DNA from: an uncultured delta proteobacterium
GTDB lineage: Bacteria; Myxococcota_A; Polyangia; Polyangiales; B10-G4
Assembly: GCA_963727445.1 (NCBI GenBank)
Contig: CAVSGI010000020.1
Coordinates: forward strand, 352,001 to 416,000
Length of the DNA stretch: 64,000 bases
Reading direction: 5' to 3'
Positions 17,979-28,352 of this stretch are shown here, in pieces. Each line of letters starts with the position of its first letter. Positions within the stretch are counted from its first letter, which is position 1. The notes under the pieces were generated by a model. The model searched no databases. It saw nothing but the letters and a program-made list of their open reading frames with translations, and was not told the DNA's origin. Position numbers and translations under genes: made by a program.

Positions 17979-19604
17979 TCAACGCCCGATACGGTCGATC
18001 AGCGTCTCGATACGGTGCCGTTCGCGCGGGTCTGTGGATGCGGTCATGCGGTCGCGCAGATCGGCGAGCGCTTCGTCACCATAGATGCGCTGAATCAGAC
18101 GCATCGCGCTCTCGCCGTATCGGCCGGGCACGGCGATCATGGCGATCAGATCCGCGCGCATGAACTCGTTGCCCCGGGCGCTGGGATCGATGCGATGAAC
18201 CATGACGTAGCGGGAGAGCGCGTCGCGGTACCAGTGCTGGTTCGTGTAGTCGTGGGCGAGGATCAGCGAAGGCCGGGGGTCGTCCTGATGCGCGCCCTGG
18301 TAGTCGAGGAGCGCACGCTGCTCGGACCGCGTGAGGGGAGTGCCCGCGCTCACGCTCGCGAGGAGCGCCTGAAGGCCGGGCGGCGCGCCGCCGCGGAGCG
18401 GATCGGAGGGCGGAGGGCGTGAGCCGAGGGGCGGGAGCTCGTCCTCGCCGATGACCATCACCCCGTCCTCGCTTCCTTCGTCCTCGATCTCGTAGGTCTC
18501 CGCGACTTCCTCCTCGTCGTCGCTCGTCCCGACCACCAGCGCGATCACGCCGGCCCCGATGACCATCAGGGTCAAGAGCGCCAGCGCGGCGCCCGCCACG
18601 AAGAGCAGAGGTTGGGTGGCGCTCGCGGGGATCGAGGGCGACTTCTTCGGGGGCGGGGTGGTGCCGCGCGCGGGCAACGCCTCCCCCGGCGCCGCGGCCG
18701 GCGGCTGGGGGAGCGCCTCGAGCGCGCGCTTCATCTGCTCGGCGGACGCGAAGCGCTCGTCACGCCCCTTCGCGAGCGCCTTCTTCAAGAAGGCGTCCAG
18801 CTCGGGCGTGAGCGTGAGCCCGGGTCGGAGCGATTCGGGCGGCGGCACCTCGGCGGTGAGGTGGCTCCGCACCGTGTCCAGCTTGTCTTCGTGGACGAAG
18901 GGCGGGCGCCCCACCAGCATCTCGTAGAGGATGATGCCAAGCGCGTAGAGGTCGGCCCGGCCGTCCGCGGTCGACGCCGTGGTCTGCTCGGGCGCCATGT
19001 AGCTGGGCGAGCCGATGACGGTGCCGAGCTTGGTGAGCGTGGCGTCTGCCGTGACGTCGGTCTGGGGATCGGCGATGCGCGCGAGGCCGAAGTCGACGAT
19101 TCGTACGCGGAGCGGCCCGTCGGTCTCGGTCTGCAGCATCACGTTGCCCGGCTTGAGATCGCGGTGGACCACTCCTCGGGCATGCGCCGCGATGAGGGCG
19201 TCCAGGATCTGACGGGTGATCTCGATCGCCTCGGCGACCGTTGGTGGCCCCGCGGCCAGACGCTGAGAGAGCGACTGCCCCTCGATGAGCTGCATGGCGA
19301 GGTAGGGCGCGCCCTCGAACGATCCGAAGTCGGTGATCGCGACGATGTTCGGATGATCGAGGGCGGAGAGCGCGCGGGCCTCGCGCTCGAAGCGCTTTCG
19401 GAGCTCTTCGTGGTCGGCGAAGATGTCGTGCATCACCTTGAGGGCCACGAAGCGACGCAGGCCCTGGTGCTCGGCGCGGTAGACGACGCCCAGCCCGCCC
19501 ACGCCGAGGACGCCCTCGATGCGGTAGCGCCCGTCGATCACCTGCCCGACGCGCTCTTCGGCGAGGGCGTGCAGATGCCCGGGGTCCGGCTCTTTCAGCG
19601 GCAT
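17979..19604 (-). CDS. Transmembrane Ser/Thr protein kinase
   Basis: LGVGGLGVVY, VALKV, HRDLKPGN, DFGLA, YMAPEQ, TM helix, helical C-terminal domain. Confidence 0.95.
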   Translation of the reverse strand: MPLKEPDPGHLHALAEERVGQVIDGRYRIEGVLGVGGLGVVYRAEHQGLRRFVALKVMHDIFADHEELRKRFEREARALSALDHPNIVAITDFGSFEGAPYLAMQLIEGQSLSQRLAAGPPTVAEAIEITRQILDALIAAHARGVVHRDLKPGNVMLQTETDGPLRVRIVDFGLARIADPQTDVTADATLTKLGTVIGSPSYMAPEQTTASTADGRADLYALGIILYEMLVGRPPFVHEDKLDTVRSHLTAEVPPPESLRPGLTLTPELDAFLKKALAKGRDERFASAEQMKRALEALPQPPAAAPGEALPARGTTPPPKKSPSIPASATQPLLFVAGAALALLTLMVIGAGVIALVVGTSDDEEEVAETYEIEDEGSEDGVMVIGEDELPPLGSRPPPSDPLRGGAPPGLQALLASVSAGTPLTRSEQRALLDYQGAHQDDPRPSLILAHDYTNQHWYRDALSRYVMVHRIDPSARGNEFMRADLIAMIAVPGRYGESAMRLIQRIYGDEALADLRDRMTASTDPRERHRIETLIDRIGR

Positions 19605-19611
19605 GGTCCCA

Positions 19612-21516
19612 TCACTCGGCGGGGACGGCTTGCTGAAGGTACGTCTTGCCCTTGTACGTGTAGGCCAGGCCCATGAAGAGGACGGCGCCGGTGACCATCA
19701 AGCCGGTGAAGAGCCAGAAGAAATCCGACAGGTCGAGGATCGACTCCATGGGCGCGAGGAACGCGACCAGGACGTTGCCGAAGGTCACACAGAGGAGCCA
19801 GAAGCCCATGATGGTCGACTTCATCGCGCGCGGGGCCTGGGTGTAGGCGAACTCGAGGCCGGTGACCGAGACCAGAACCTCGGCGGTGGTCATGATCAGA
19901 TACTGACCCACCTGCCAGAGGACGTGAACCTGCTCGCCCGCTTCGGCGAGCGATTCGATCTGTTTCTGCAACAGAGCGGCCCAGGCGAAGGCGGCGGCCG
20001 CGGTGAACATCCCGACCGTCATCTTCTGCAGGGGGCGAACCTCGATGCCGCGCTTCTTCAGCGGGCCGTACACGAGGACGTTCAGGCCCGGGATGATCGC
20101 CATGACCATCAGCGGGTTGAGCGCAGAGATCTGGGCCTTCTTGAGCTCGAGGTCCCAGATGTCGCCGCTCGTCGTGTCGAGGACGCCCGCGATCACGAAG
20201 CCGGTGACCACGACGCCGCCCACCGCCAGGCTGACCTTCTTGGGGATCGTGTGGTTGGCGACGTAGGTGAAGAGCCAGGTCCCGCCGTAGAGAGCGAGAC
20301 CGACCGCGGCCGCGATGGAGAAGTAGCCGGTGTGGAGCGGCAGATGGACCATCAGATCCATCTGTCCGGCCTGCTTGATCCAGGTCGAGGCGTGCTGATC
20401 GAAGAGCGCCCAGAAGACGCTGACCATGGAGAAGACCAAGGCGATGCGCAGGACGGCGGGCGGACCCTCGGCCGCCTCGTCGCCGAAGTGATCGCGGGCG
20501 ACGTCGAAGAAGCCCTGACCCTCCTTGCGCGCTGCGCGGTGCTTGAAGCTGTAGAACAGGACCGCGAGGAAGCCCTTGTCCTCCTTCTGATGCTGTCGCG
20601 CGTTGAACACCGCGAGGCCGATGCCGAAGAGGACCGCCGCCACCACGAAGTACCACCAGGAGTGCGCGGCGATGTAGCTCAGGTAACTCGACAGGTACGT
20701 GCCGTAGAACTCGCCGGCGCTCAGGCCTTCGGCGCTGGGCGGCTCGTAGTGATGGCCGGCGACGAAGACCGCCACGATGATCGCGACGATCGGCGTGAAG
20801 AGGAGCGACGAGGCGATGAAGTCCATCAGCCCCAGGCGGCCGCCGGGGTTCGGTGGGACGTGAACGAAACGGTTTCGGCCGAGCCAGAAGACCAGGGTCG
20901 CGATGCCCATCAGGATGCCGGGCACGCCGAAGGCGACCTCCGGCCCGTACCACTCGAAGAGGAGCGGTGTGATGATCGTCGAGAAGAACGAGCCGAAGTT
21001 GATGATGAAGTAGAAGATCTGGAAGACCTGGGTCACCAGCGAGGAGTTCTCGGCGGTGAACTGATCGCCGACGTTCGCGGAGACGCAGGGCTTGATGCCG
21101 CCGGCGCCGACGGCGATGAGGCAGAGGCCGAGGTACATCCCCATCTCGGCTTCGCCGTACATCTGCCATTCGGCGAAGCGGCCGGCGACGGCGAGGACGG
21201 CGTGGCCCGCGCAGTAGAGGAGGGAGACCCAGAGGATGATCGGGTACTTGCCCTTGTAGCGGTCCGAGAGGATCGCCCCGATCATGGGGAAGGCGTAGAC
21301 GCCGGCCATGAAGAGGTGCGCGACGGCGGTGCCGCGCGCCTCGGCCTCCGCGGTCTGCTCGGGGGTGACGTCCGGGGCGAACTGCAGGTAGAGCGCGGTC
21401 AGGTAGACGTAGAGGATGGCGCGCATCCCGTAGTAGCTGAAGCGCTCGGCCCCCTCGTTGCCGACGATGAATGGGATCCCTGCCGGGAACTTCGGACGTG
21501 CCGCGGTCTCGCTCAT
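19612..21516 (-). CDS. POT/PTR proton-dependent oligopeptide transporter
   Basis: NEGAERFSYYGMR, GGIKPCVSANVGDQF, FYFIINFGS, LEFAYTQAP. Confidence 0.95.
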   Translation of the reverse strand: MSETAARPKFPAGIPFIVGNEGAERFSYYGMRAILYVYLTALYLQFAPDVTPEQTAEAEARGTAVAHLFMAGVYAFPMIGAILSDRYKGKYPIILWVSLLYCAGHAVLAVAGRFAEWQMYGEAEMGMYLGLCLIAVGAGGIKPCVSANVGDQFTAENSSLVTQVFQIFYFIINFGSFFSTIITPLLFEWYGPEVAFGVPGILMGIATLVFWLGRNRFVHVPPNPGGRLGLMDFIASSLLFTPIVAIIVAVFVAGHHYEPPSAEGLSAGEFYGTYLSSYLSYIAAHSWWYFVVAAVLFGIGLAVFNARQHQKEDKGFLAVLFYSFKHRAARKEGQGFFDVARDHFGDEAAEGPPAVLRIALVFSMVSVFWALFDQHASTWIKQAGQMDLMVHLPLHTGYFSIAAAVGLALYGGTWLFTYVANHTIPKKVSLAVGGVVVTGFVIAGVLDTTSGDIWDLELKKAQISALNPLMVMAIIPGLNVLVYGPLKKRGIEVRPLQKMTVGMFTAAAAFAWAALLQKQIESLAEAGEQVHVLWQVGQYLIMTTAEVLVSVTGLEFAYTQAPRAMKSTIMGFWLLCVTFGNVLVAFLAPMESILDLSDFFWLFTGLMVTGAVLFMGLAYTYKGKTYLQQAVPAE

Positions 21517-21630
21517 CTGGGGTCCCCCTCGAAGAGTCGCGGGAACCTAGCACTACTTGATCGGGGTGGCGGCCGATGATCGCCCCGAGCAGGGGTTTTC
21601 GAGCAACCGGGCGCTCCGGTGGGCGATTTT

Positions 21631-22326
21631 TCAGGGGAAGACGGTCGAGCAGTCCGGCTCGGCGAGCCGCTCGGCGTCGAGGGCCCGCAACAGATCGACG
21701 AGGGCTTGGACGCCCGCCGGAATGGGTGTGCACGAGCCGGCGCTGCCGCAGGGTGAGCCCACCACGAACGTGGCCCCCGATTGGGAGACCTGGAAGACGG
21801 ATCCGTCCACGGGGCGCATGTCGACGCCGTAGGTGACGGGTGCCGCAGCGAAGGCGGCGACCACGTCTGCGTCGGCGAGGGCCGCGTTCACGTCGTCGAT
21901 GGTGATCGCATCAGCGGCGCTGCCGCAGGGGACGTCGTTGCTGCAGGTGGTGGTCGTCCCGCCGGCCGAGAAGTCGGTCTCGGTGAGCGTGTAGGTGCGG
22001 CACGGGCTCACCTTGGAGGCGCGGCTCGACGCGACGAGTCCACCGGTGTTGCCCCAGGAGAGCTCGGCGGCGATGCAAGCGCTGCAGCTCCCGCCGTCGG
22101 AGGTCGCGTCGGGCGCGGCGTCGGCGGTCGCGTCGCTTGCGGCGTCGGCGGCCGCGTCGGAACCCGTGCCGGTGTCGGTCGCGGTTCCGGTGTCGGCTGC
22201 GGTGCCGGTGTCGGTCGCGGTGCCGGTGTCGGAGCCGGTGCCGGTGTCGGTGGCGCCCCCGTCGTCACCACAACCGACGAGGACGAGGAGGGTCGCGAGG
22301 AGTGAGGAGAAGGCCAGCGTACGCAT
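21631..22326 (-). CDS. Hypothetical Cys-rich lipoprotein with DTGT linker
   Basis: Lipobox LVGCGDD, repeat linker, Cys-rich C-terminal domain. Confidence 0.75.
   Translation of the reverse strand: MRTLAFSSLLATLLVLVGCGDDGGATDTGTGSDTGTATDTGTAADTGTATDTGTGSDAAADAASDATADAAPDATSDGGSCSACIAAELSWGNTGGLVASSRASKVSPCRTYTLTETDFSAGGTTTTCSNDVPCGSAADAITIDDVNAALADADVVAAFAAAPVTYGVDMRPVDGSVFQVSQSGATFVVGSPCGSAGSCTPIPAGVQALVDLLRALDAERLAEPDCSTVFP
22166..22255. repeat. 18-bp tandem repeat x5 (coding xxDTGT linker)
   Basis: GTGCCGGTGTCGGTCGCG-like units. Confidence 0.85.
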
Positions 22327-22335
22327 CGCCGGAGG

Positions 22336-23895
22336 TTAGCCTGCGCCGAGGATCCGATCGAGCAGGGCGCGGTCGCCCTGCACCGCGGTGCGCTGCATGT
22401 AGAAGGCGAGGCCGCGCTCGCCGCCGAGCTCCTCACCGCCGCCGGCCCGCCCCGGGCCCCCGTGCACGCAGCTCGGGAGCACCAGACCCGGCGAGATCGC
22501 CTGGTCCGCCACCTTCTTGCTGCCGGCGAGGACGCGGCCGCTGAAGGGCGCGAGGCCGAGGATGAGCGCGCCGAGCTCCTTCTTGTCGTCGGAGTACACG
22601 CTGGCGACGAGGCCACCGCCGCCGCGGGCCACGAGAGCGACGGCTTCTTTGGCGCCCTCGTAGGGCATCAGCGTGGAGATCGGACCGAAGACCTCGTGCT
22701 GATGCACGACGCCCGCATCGGCCGGCGCGTCGTGACGCAACAGGACCGGTCCCACGAAACAGCCCTTGTCGGCGTCCGCGCCCACCAGCTCCACGGAGTC
22801 GGGGTCGCCCCAGGCGACCTTGCACCCAGCTTCGAGGAGCTTCTCGGTGCCGGCGCGCACGTCCTCGAGCTGCTGCCTGTTGGCCAGCGGGCCCATGCGC
22901 ACCTCGTCGATGGCGGGGTCGCCCACCTTGATCACCGACAGCGCCTCGCCGAGGTCCTCGATCACCCGGTCGATCATCGACGCAGGCACGAAGATGCGGC
23001 GCGTCGCGGTGCACTTCTGGCCGGTCTTCTGCGTGATCTCGCGGCTGACGTGCCGGATGAACATTTGATAGGTGTCGCTGCCCGCATCCACCCCTTCGCC
23101 CAGCACAGTCGCGTTGAGGCTGTCGGCCTCGACGTTCAGGCGGACCGAGTGCGCGATCACGTTGTCGAGGCGCCTGAGCCGTGCGCCGGTGTCGGCGGAG
23201 CCCGTGAAGGCGAGGACGTCCTGGCCGCGGAGGTGCGTCAGGAGATCACCGGCGCCGCCGCAGACGAAGGAGAGCACCCCCTCGGGGAGGACCTTCGCGT
23301 TCACCAACGTCTGCATCAGCCGGTAGGCGGGAAGCGCGGTGCTCGTGGCGGGCTTCGTCACCACGGGCATGCCGGCGAGGATGGCGCAGCTCGCCTTTTC
23401 GGCGAGACCCCAGGCCGGGAAGTTGAAGGCGTTGACGTGGACGGCGACGCCGCGGCGCGTCGTGAGCAGATGGTGGCCCCAGAAGCGCGGGCTCCGGGTC
23501 AGCTGCTCGCCTTCACCTTCGAGGAGATGCTTTCGGTCGCCGAGCTTCTTTCCGAGGCCCGCGTAGTAGGCGAGGGTGCCGGTGGCGCCGTCGATGTCGA
23601 ACTTCGAGTCGGAGCGCGTGGTGCCGGCGTTGACGGTCGAGGCCTCGATGAGCTCGTCGCGTGCTTCGTGCAGCACCTTCGACATCTGCTCGAGGAGCGC
23701 CCCTCGCTCGGCGAAGGTGAGATCGCGGAGGGCGGCGCCACCCACCTCCCGGGACCAGGCGAGGGCGCTTGCGAAGTCCAGACCTTCGGTGCTCGTCTCT
23801 GCGACGGTGTCACCGGTGGTCGGGTTGGACAGGACCGACTTCTTTCCGGTCCCCTTCTTCCACTGCCCCTCGAGGTGGCTCTCCAGCTCGATCAT
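22336..23895 (-). CDS. Aldehyde dehydrogenase of the 3,4-dehydroadipyl-CoA semialdehyde DH (BoxD)/PaaZ-N family
   Basis: VHVNAFNFPAWG, FTGSADTG, NVEADSLN, GQKCTATRR, HEVFGP, HGGPGRAGGGEELGG; SD GGAGGG; no MaoC domain. Confidence 0.9.
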   Translation of the reverse strand: MIELESHLEGQWKKGTGKKSVLSNPTTGDTVAETSTEGLDFASALAWSREVGGAALRDLTFAERGALLEQMSKVLHEARDELIEASTVNAGTTRSDSKFDIDGATGTLAYYAGLGKKLGDRKHLLEGEGEQLTRSPRFWGHHLLTTRRGVAVHVNAFNFPAWGLAEKASCAILAGMPVVTKPATSTALPAYRLMQTLVNAKVLPEGVLSFVCGGAGDLLTHLRGQDVLAFTGSADTGARLRRLDNVIAHSVRLNVEADSLNATVLGEGVDAGSDTYQMFIRHVSREITQKTGQKCTATRRIFVPASMIDRVIEDLGEALSVIKVGDPAIDEVRMGPLANRQQLEDVRAGTEKLLEAGCKVAWGDPDSVELVGADADKGCFVGPVLLRHDAPADAGVVHQHEVFGPISTLMPYEGAKEAVALVARGGGGLVASVYSDDKKELGALILGLAPFSGRVLAGSKKVADQAISPGLVLPSCVHGGPGRAGGGEELGGERGLAFYMQRTAVQGDRALLDRILGAG

Positions 23896-24551
23896 CGCGC
23901 CCTCCGCGTCTCTGTCAGAATTCGAGTCGATAAGATCTCTCGAATGTCGTCGAGGATCTCCTCGAACGGGATTTCGAGGTCGTGGATGATGCCGTCGGAG
24001 AGGTCGTAGACCCATCCGTGCACCACCGGAAACTGCCGCTTCAGGAAGTGCTTCTGAACGCTCGCGCACTTCATGATGTGCATGCACTGCTCCTGGACGT
24101 TGAGCTCCACCAGGCGGCGGTAGCGCAACTCCTGGTCCTCGATGGCGTCGAGCTCGGTCTTGTGGAGTCGGTACACGTCGCGGATCTCTCGGAGCCAGCC
24201 GTTGAGGAGACCGAGATCCTTGGGCTGCATCGCCGCCTTCACTCCGCCGCAGCCGTAGTGGCCGCAGACCACGATGTGGTCGACCTCGAGGTGGTTGACC
24301 GCGTACTCGATCACCGAGTGCGCGTTGAGGTCGGTGTTGACCACGATGTTGGCGATGTTTCGATGGACGAAGACATCGCCCGGGGAGAGCCCCATGATCT
24401 GGTTGGCCGGGACGCGGGAGTCCGCGCACCCGATGTAGAGGAAGTCCGGGTTCTGTCCCGTCGAGAGCTTCTCGAAGTACTCGGGATCCGCCTTCTTCTG
24501 TTCTTCGACCCACTTCTTGTTGTTGACGAAGAGCTGCTCGTACTTGTCCAT
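23892..24551 (-). CDS. can: Beta-class carbonic anhydrase (true end probably 23915; extra T near 23932)
   Basis: IGCADSRV, HRNIAN, HYGCGG, ELNV, HGWVYD; removing one T gives C-terminus EIYRLEF*. Confidence 0.93.
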   Translation of the reverse strand: MDKYEQLFVNNKKWVEEQKKADPEYFEKLSTGQNPDFLYIGCADSRVPANQIMGLSPGDVFVHRNIANIVVNTDLNAHSVIEYAVNHLEVDHIVVCGHYGCGGVKAAMQPKDLGLLNGWLREIRDVYRLHKTELDAIEDQELRYRRLVELNVQEQCMHIMKCASVQKHFLKRQFPVVHGWVYDLSDGIIHDLEIPFEEILDDIREILSTRILTETRRAR

Positions 24552-24618
24552 TGCTCCTCCGAGCGGGGAACCATCGCGCCTGAACGGTCGGACGGCAACC
24601 CCTGAAAAGAGCGCCGTT

Positions 24619-26385
24619 TCAGCGCTCGACGACGATCTGGATCACGGACCCGCTCTCGGGGCGGGCTTCGACGTGGTTGGGTGGGGTGAAGGAGAGCGCG
24701 GAGCCCGGCGGGGCAGGCGTCTGGAACTCCTCGTCGCTCATCGAGCAGTCGACGAAGCCGGAGATCGGGCTGCCGAAGAGCCGCACGCCCCCGCACTCGA
24801 GCTGGACGTGGCAGGTCGACCCGAAGGACGAAACGTCGTGCGCGATCTTCATCGCGCACACGTCGCCGGGCTGCACGTCACTGCGACCGAAGACCGACGT
24901 CACCTCACCGACGATCGTCTCGTGCCTCGAGTAGGGATCCAGCCACGCGAGATATCCCGCGACCAGCCCGAGGGCGACGAGCCCCGCGACGGAGGCCTGG
25001 TGCCCCCGCAGCGCGCGGCGGACCGTGGCCCGAACCTCTTCGGCGGCGCCGACGATCAAGAGCGACTCCGGACCGGTGGCGGAGACCTCCAGCTCGCCGG
25101 CCTTCTTCTCGAAGCGTCCCAGGACGAGCACTTCGTCTCCGACGTCGATCTCCTCTGCGACCCGGGCCTCGATGGCGGTGTCGCTCTTCGAGAGCTCGGC
25201 GCTCCGTTTGGTGCTGCCGAAGAGCGCACCCCCGGGGCGAACGTGGACCATCGTTTCGTCGGCGGTCCTCCCACAGAGCTCGAACTGCTCTGCCTGGTTC
25301 AGCTCGTCGCCCCGACCGAACTCCCAGGTCATCGCGCCGTCGAGGCTCTTGGAGGCCGTGCGCTCGCGCCGGAGCTTGCCGCGGTCGACCGAGAGCACGA
25401 CGGACCGCATGCCCGACTCACCGGGGTGGTACTCGGGCGCGCCGAGGAGCATCCGCAAGAGCGGTCCACTGCGGCGCTCGTCCCACGCGATGCGTACGGC
25501 GAAGAAGATGGACAAGAGGGCGGACAGCGCGAGCAGCACGCGGCAGACCGTCCCCAGGCCGAAGCCGATGAAGACGAAGCCGAGGCCGAAGGCCACAATC
25601 GCGAGGCCGACGATGCCGGTGAGCTCCGGCGTGCTCCATCGCGCGGGGGCGCGGCGCGGTTCGACCGCGGGCGTCGCGAAGGAGGGCAAGAACCTCCGGC
25701 GCCGAACCACCATCGTCGACAGGGCGGTGAGCAAGATCCCCGCGGCCGGCAGGACCACGCGGAGGGCGGACGGTCCCGTCTGCGTGAAAGAGAGCGCGAG
25801 GCCCGCGATCGCGACGACGATGCCTGCGCCCAGCCCCGCGAGCGGCAGCCGAACCGGAATGTCCTCCGGCGCCTTGCGCGAGGCGCGCCGCGCGTTTCGC
25901 CGTTCCTCTTCCTTTTTCTGCTTCGCGTCCGCTTCCTCCTGCTGCCAGCGCGAGAGGGCGTCTTCGGGAGCGTCGCCCTGCGCGACCACCCGCGCTTCGA
26001 GCGCACGCCGCTCCACCTTCGCCCCGCGATAGCCATCGGGCGTGAGGTGGCCGTCCTCGTCGCCGAGAACCGCGACGAGGTCTCCAGGTTTGATGGCCAC
26101 CCCCGAGAGCGCGACCTGTACGTGGTCGCCCGGCGCCTCTCCGTCGAAGGGTCGGCTCAGCGGATCGTCCAGGAGGTCGCCCCACTTGCCGCGCTCGTCG
26201 CGAGGCTCCACCAGGACGGTGGCGCGGCTGGTTTTCACCTCCACCGTGCCGCCGTCGTCGGTCGTGATCGTCACGACGCCGCGTTTCAGGTGACGCGTAG
26301 GATCGCCGCCAGCGATGCGTAGCTCGGCGTCGTAGAGGAGCGGCTCCTCCCCCTCACCAGCGACCCTCCCCGTGACGATGGTCAT
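24619..26385 (-). CDS. Hypothetical multi-pass membrane protein
   Basis: 588 aa, ~5 TM segments, Cys-containing C-terminal domain. Confidence 0.7.
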   Translation of the reverse strand: MTIVTGRVAGEGEEPLLYDAELRIAGGDPTRHLKRGVVTITTDDGGTVEVKTSRATVLVEPRDERGKWGDLLDDPLSRPFDGEAPGDHVQVALSGVAIKPGDLVAVLGDEDGHLTPDGYRGAKVERRALEARVVAQGDAPEDALSRWQQEEADAKQKKEEERRNARRASRKAPEDIPVRLPLAGLGAGIVVAIAGLALSFTQTGPSALRVVLPAAGILLTALSTMVVRRRRFLPSFATPAVEPRRAPARWSTPELTGIVGLAIVAFGLGFVFIGFGLGTVCRVLLALSALLSIFFAVRIAWDERRSGPLLRMLLGAPEYHPGESGMRSVVLSVDRGKLRRERTASKSLDGAMTWEFGRGDELNQAEQFELCGRTADETMVHVRPGGALFGSTKRSAELSKSDTAIEARVAEEIDVGDEVLVLGRFEKKAGELEVSATGPESLLIVGAAEEVRATVRRALRGHQASVAGLVALGLVAGYLAWLDPYSRHETIVGEVTSVFGRSDVQPGDVCAMKIAHDVSSFGSTCHVQLECGGVRLFGSPISGFVDCSMSDEEFQTPAPPGSALSFTPPNHVEARPESGSVIQIVVER

Positions 26386-26390
26386 CGCGC

Positions 26391-26966
26391 TCAGCTCCCG
26401 AAGCGCCCCACCAGCGCTTCGACGCGCTCGATGAAGCCGGCCTCGTGATAGCGCTTGAAGTGGGTCCAGGTGCAGAGGGTGGTCGGGTCGGTGACGCGAT
26501 CGACGAAGAGCTTGCCGTCGAGATGGTCAATCTCGTGCTGGAAGGTTCCGGCGCTGAGGCCCTTGATCACCCGATCGATGTCGTTGCCTTCGCGGTCCCA
26601 GGCGCGGAGGCGGATCTCGACGTGCCGCTCGACCACCCCCCGGAGGTCGGGAACGCTCAGACAGCCCTCGTAGTTGGCGAAGGTCTCGTCGCCGATGGGC
26701 ACCAGATGCGGGTTCACCAGCACCGTGAGCGGGATCTTCGGCTTGTAGGGATAGCGCGGGTTGTCCCCCACCTCGATCACGCAGACGCGAAGCGGCGTGT
26801 GGACCTGATTGGCGGCGAGCCCAGCACCATTCGCCTCGCGCATGGTGTCGATGAGGTCGTCGACCAGCTGCTGGACCAGCGGTGTCGAGAGCTCGTCGCG
26901 GGTCACGGGGCGCGCCTTCTGGCGCAACACCGGATGACCGATCTGGGCGATCCGCCTGAGGGTCAA
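26391..26966 (-). CDS. def: Peptide deformylase
   Basis: GAGLAANQ, EGCLSV, QHEIDHLDG. Confidence 0.97.
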   Translation of the reverse strand: MTLRRIAQIGHPVLRQKARPVTRDELSTPLVQQLVDDLIDTMREANGAGLAANQVHTPLRVCVIEVGDNPRYPYKPKIPLTVLVNPHLVPIGDETFANYEGCLSVPDLRGVVERHVEIRLRAWDREGNDIDRVIKGLSAGTFQHEIDHLDGKLFVDRVTDPTTLCTWTHFKRYHEAGFIERVEALVGRFGS

Positions 26967-28352
26967 CGGCTCGATCCCACGACGTCTTCGACCTCCTCAA
27001 TCCGCTTGGGGATCGCGGAGGTGAGCACCTCGGCGCCGCTCTCGGTCACCAGGACGTCGTCTTCGATGCGGATGCCGCGGACGTCGGAGAAGCGGGCGAG
27101 GACGTCCCAGTCCACGCGATCCTTCGCCAGCGCTCGGAAGCGCTTTGCTTCGAGGATGGCGGGGACCTGGTAGAGCCCCGGCTCGATCGTCACCGCCATG
27201 CCGGGCGTGAGATTGCGATCGAGGCGAAGGTAGCCGAGACCGAATTGTTCGAGCGCTCGCGGCCGGGCGCGTAGCCGGCGCGATCGCCCGAGGTCCTCCA
27301 TGTCGTGGACGTCGAGGCCGATGAGGTGACCCACGCCGTGCGGGAAGAGCAGCGCGTGCACGCCGTCGGCGACGAGCTCGTCGGGATCGCCGCGGAAGAC
27401 GCCGAGCGAGACCATCCCCTCGGCCAGCTTCTTCGCGGCGACGAGGTGGACGTCGCGGTAGCGGGCGCCAGGGCGAACCGCGGCGATCGCCGCCTCCTGG
27501 GCCTCGAGCACCACCTGGTAGAAGTCCTTCTGCGTCGGGGAGAAGGTGCCCGTGACAGGCCAGGTCCGGGTGACGTCCGACGCCCAACCGTCGGCACCCT
27601 CGGCGCCGACATCGCAGAGGAGCAGGTCTCCCTCCTCGAGGCGGTTGTGATGCGATTCGTTGTGAAGGACCTCACCGTGGACGGTGACGATCGGGCCGTA
27701 GGCGTAGCTGAGAATCCTCGGCGACGACGATGGCGTCGAAGGCCGCGCGCACCTCGGACTCTCGGAGTCCAGGCGCGGTCGCTGCCATCGCCGCGAGGTG
27801 CGCGGCGGTGGTGACCGCCGAGGCGCTGCGAAGGCTCTCAATCGCCGCATCGTCGTGGACGAGTCGAAGGGAGATCAGCGCGTCGATCAGCGGCAGGTCT
27901 TCGGGCTCGAAATGACCGGAGACAATCTCGCGGCCGAGGAGGGCCGTTTGCCGCGCGCGGGTCGCGGCGTCGGGGGCGGCCACGGTGCAAGCCTCACTGC
28001 CGCCGAGCGCGTCGCCCAGCGCCGACAGGGGGCGCACCCGACACTTCGTCTTCTGCGCGATCTCGGCGTGGCTCGGTGTCGCGCCATGCCAGAGCGCGTC
28101 GTCCTGTGCGGGCACCGGGAGGTAGAGCGTGTGCTCATCTCCCTCGATCAGGAGCATCCCGTCGATGAGCGGAAGGCCCACCAGATACAGGAAGTGGCTC
28201 GAGGCGCGGAAGGGGAAGGTCTGCGCCGGGTAGTTGCGCGAGACGAGACCGCCGGCCCCGATCAGCGCCACCCGAGTGTCGAGCGCGCTCGCGAGGCGAT
28301 TCCGCCGCGCGATGAACGCGTCGGGCTCGTATCCCGCGAGCGTCAACGACAC
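26963..28352 (-). CDS. pepP: Xaa-Pro aminopeptidase (M24B), with three frameshifts (~27712, ~27290, ~27250)
   Basis: AMP_N 'FRASSHFLYL'; DVGAE, SDVTRT, HGVGHLIGLDVHD, TIEPG, GIRIEDD; 'DRAGYAPGRERS' lies in a shifted frame. Confidence 0.9.

Noticed and set aside
23892..23935. Apparent can/aldehyde-dehydrogenase ATGA coupling
   Set aside because: Probably an artefact of one extra T; the corrected frame stops at 23915 and leaves an SD before 23895
26963..28352. pepP, OPT, porin and FIST genes as pseudogenes
   Set aside because: All motifs intact with no in-frame decay; treated as assembly indels
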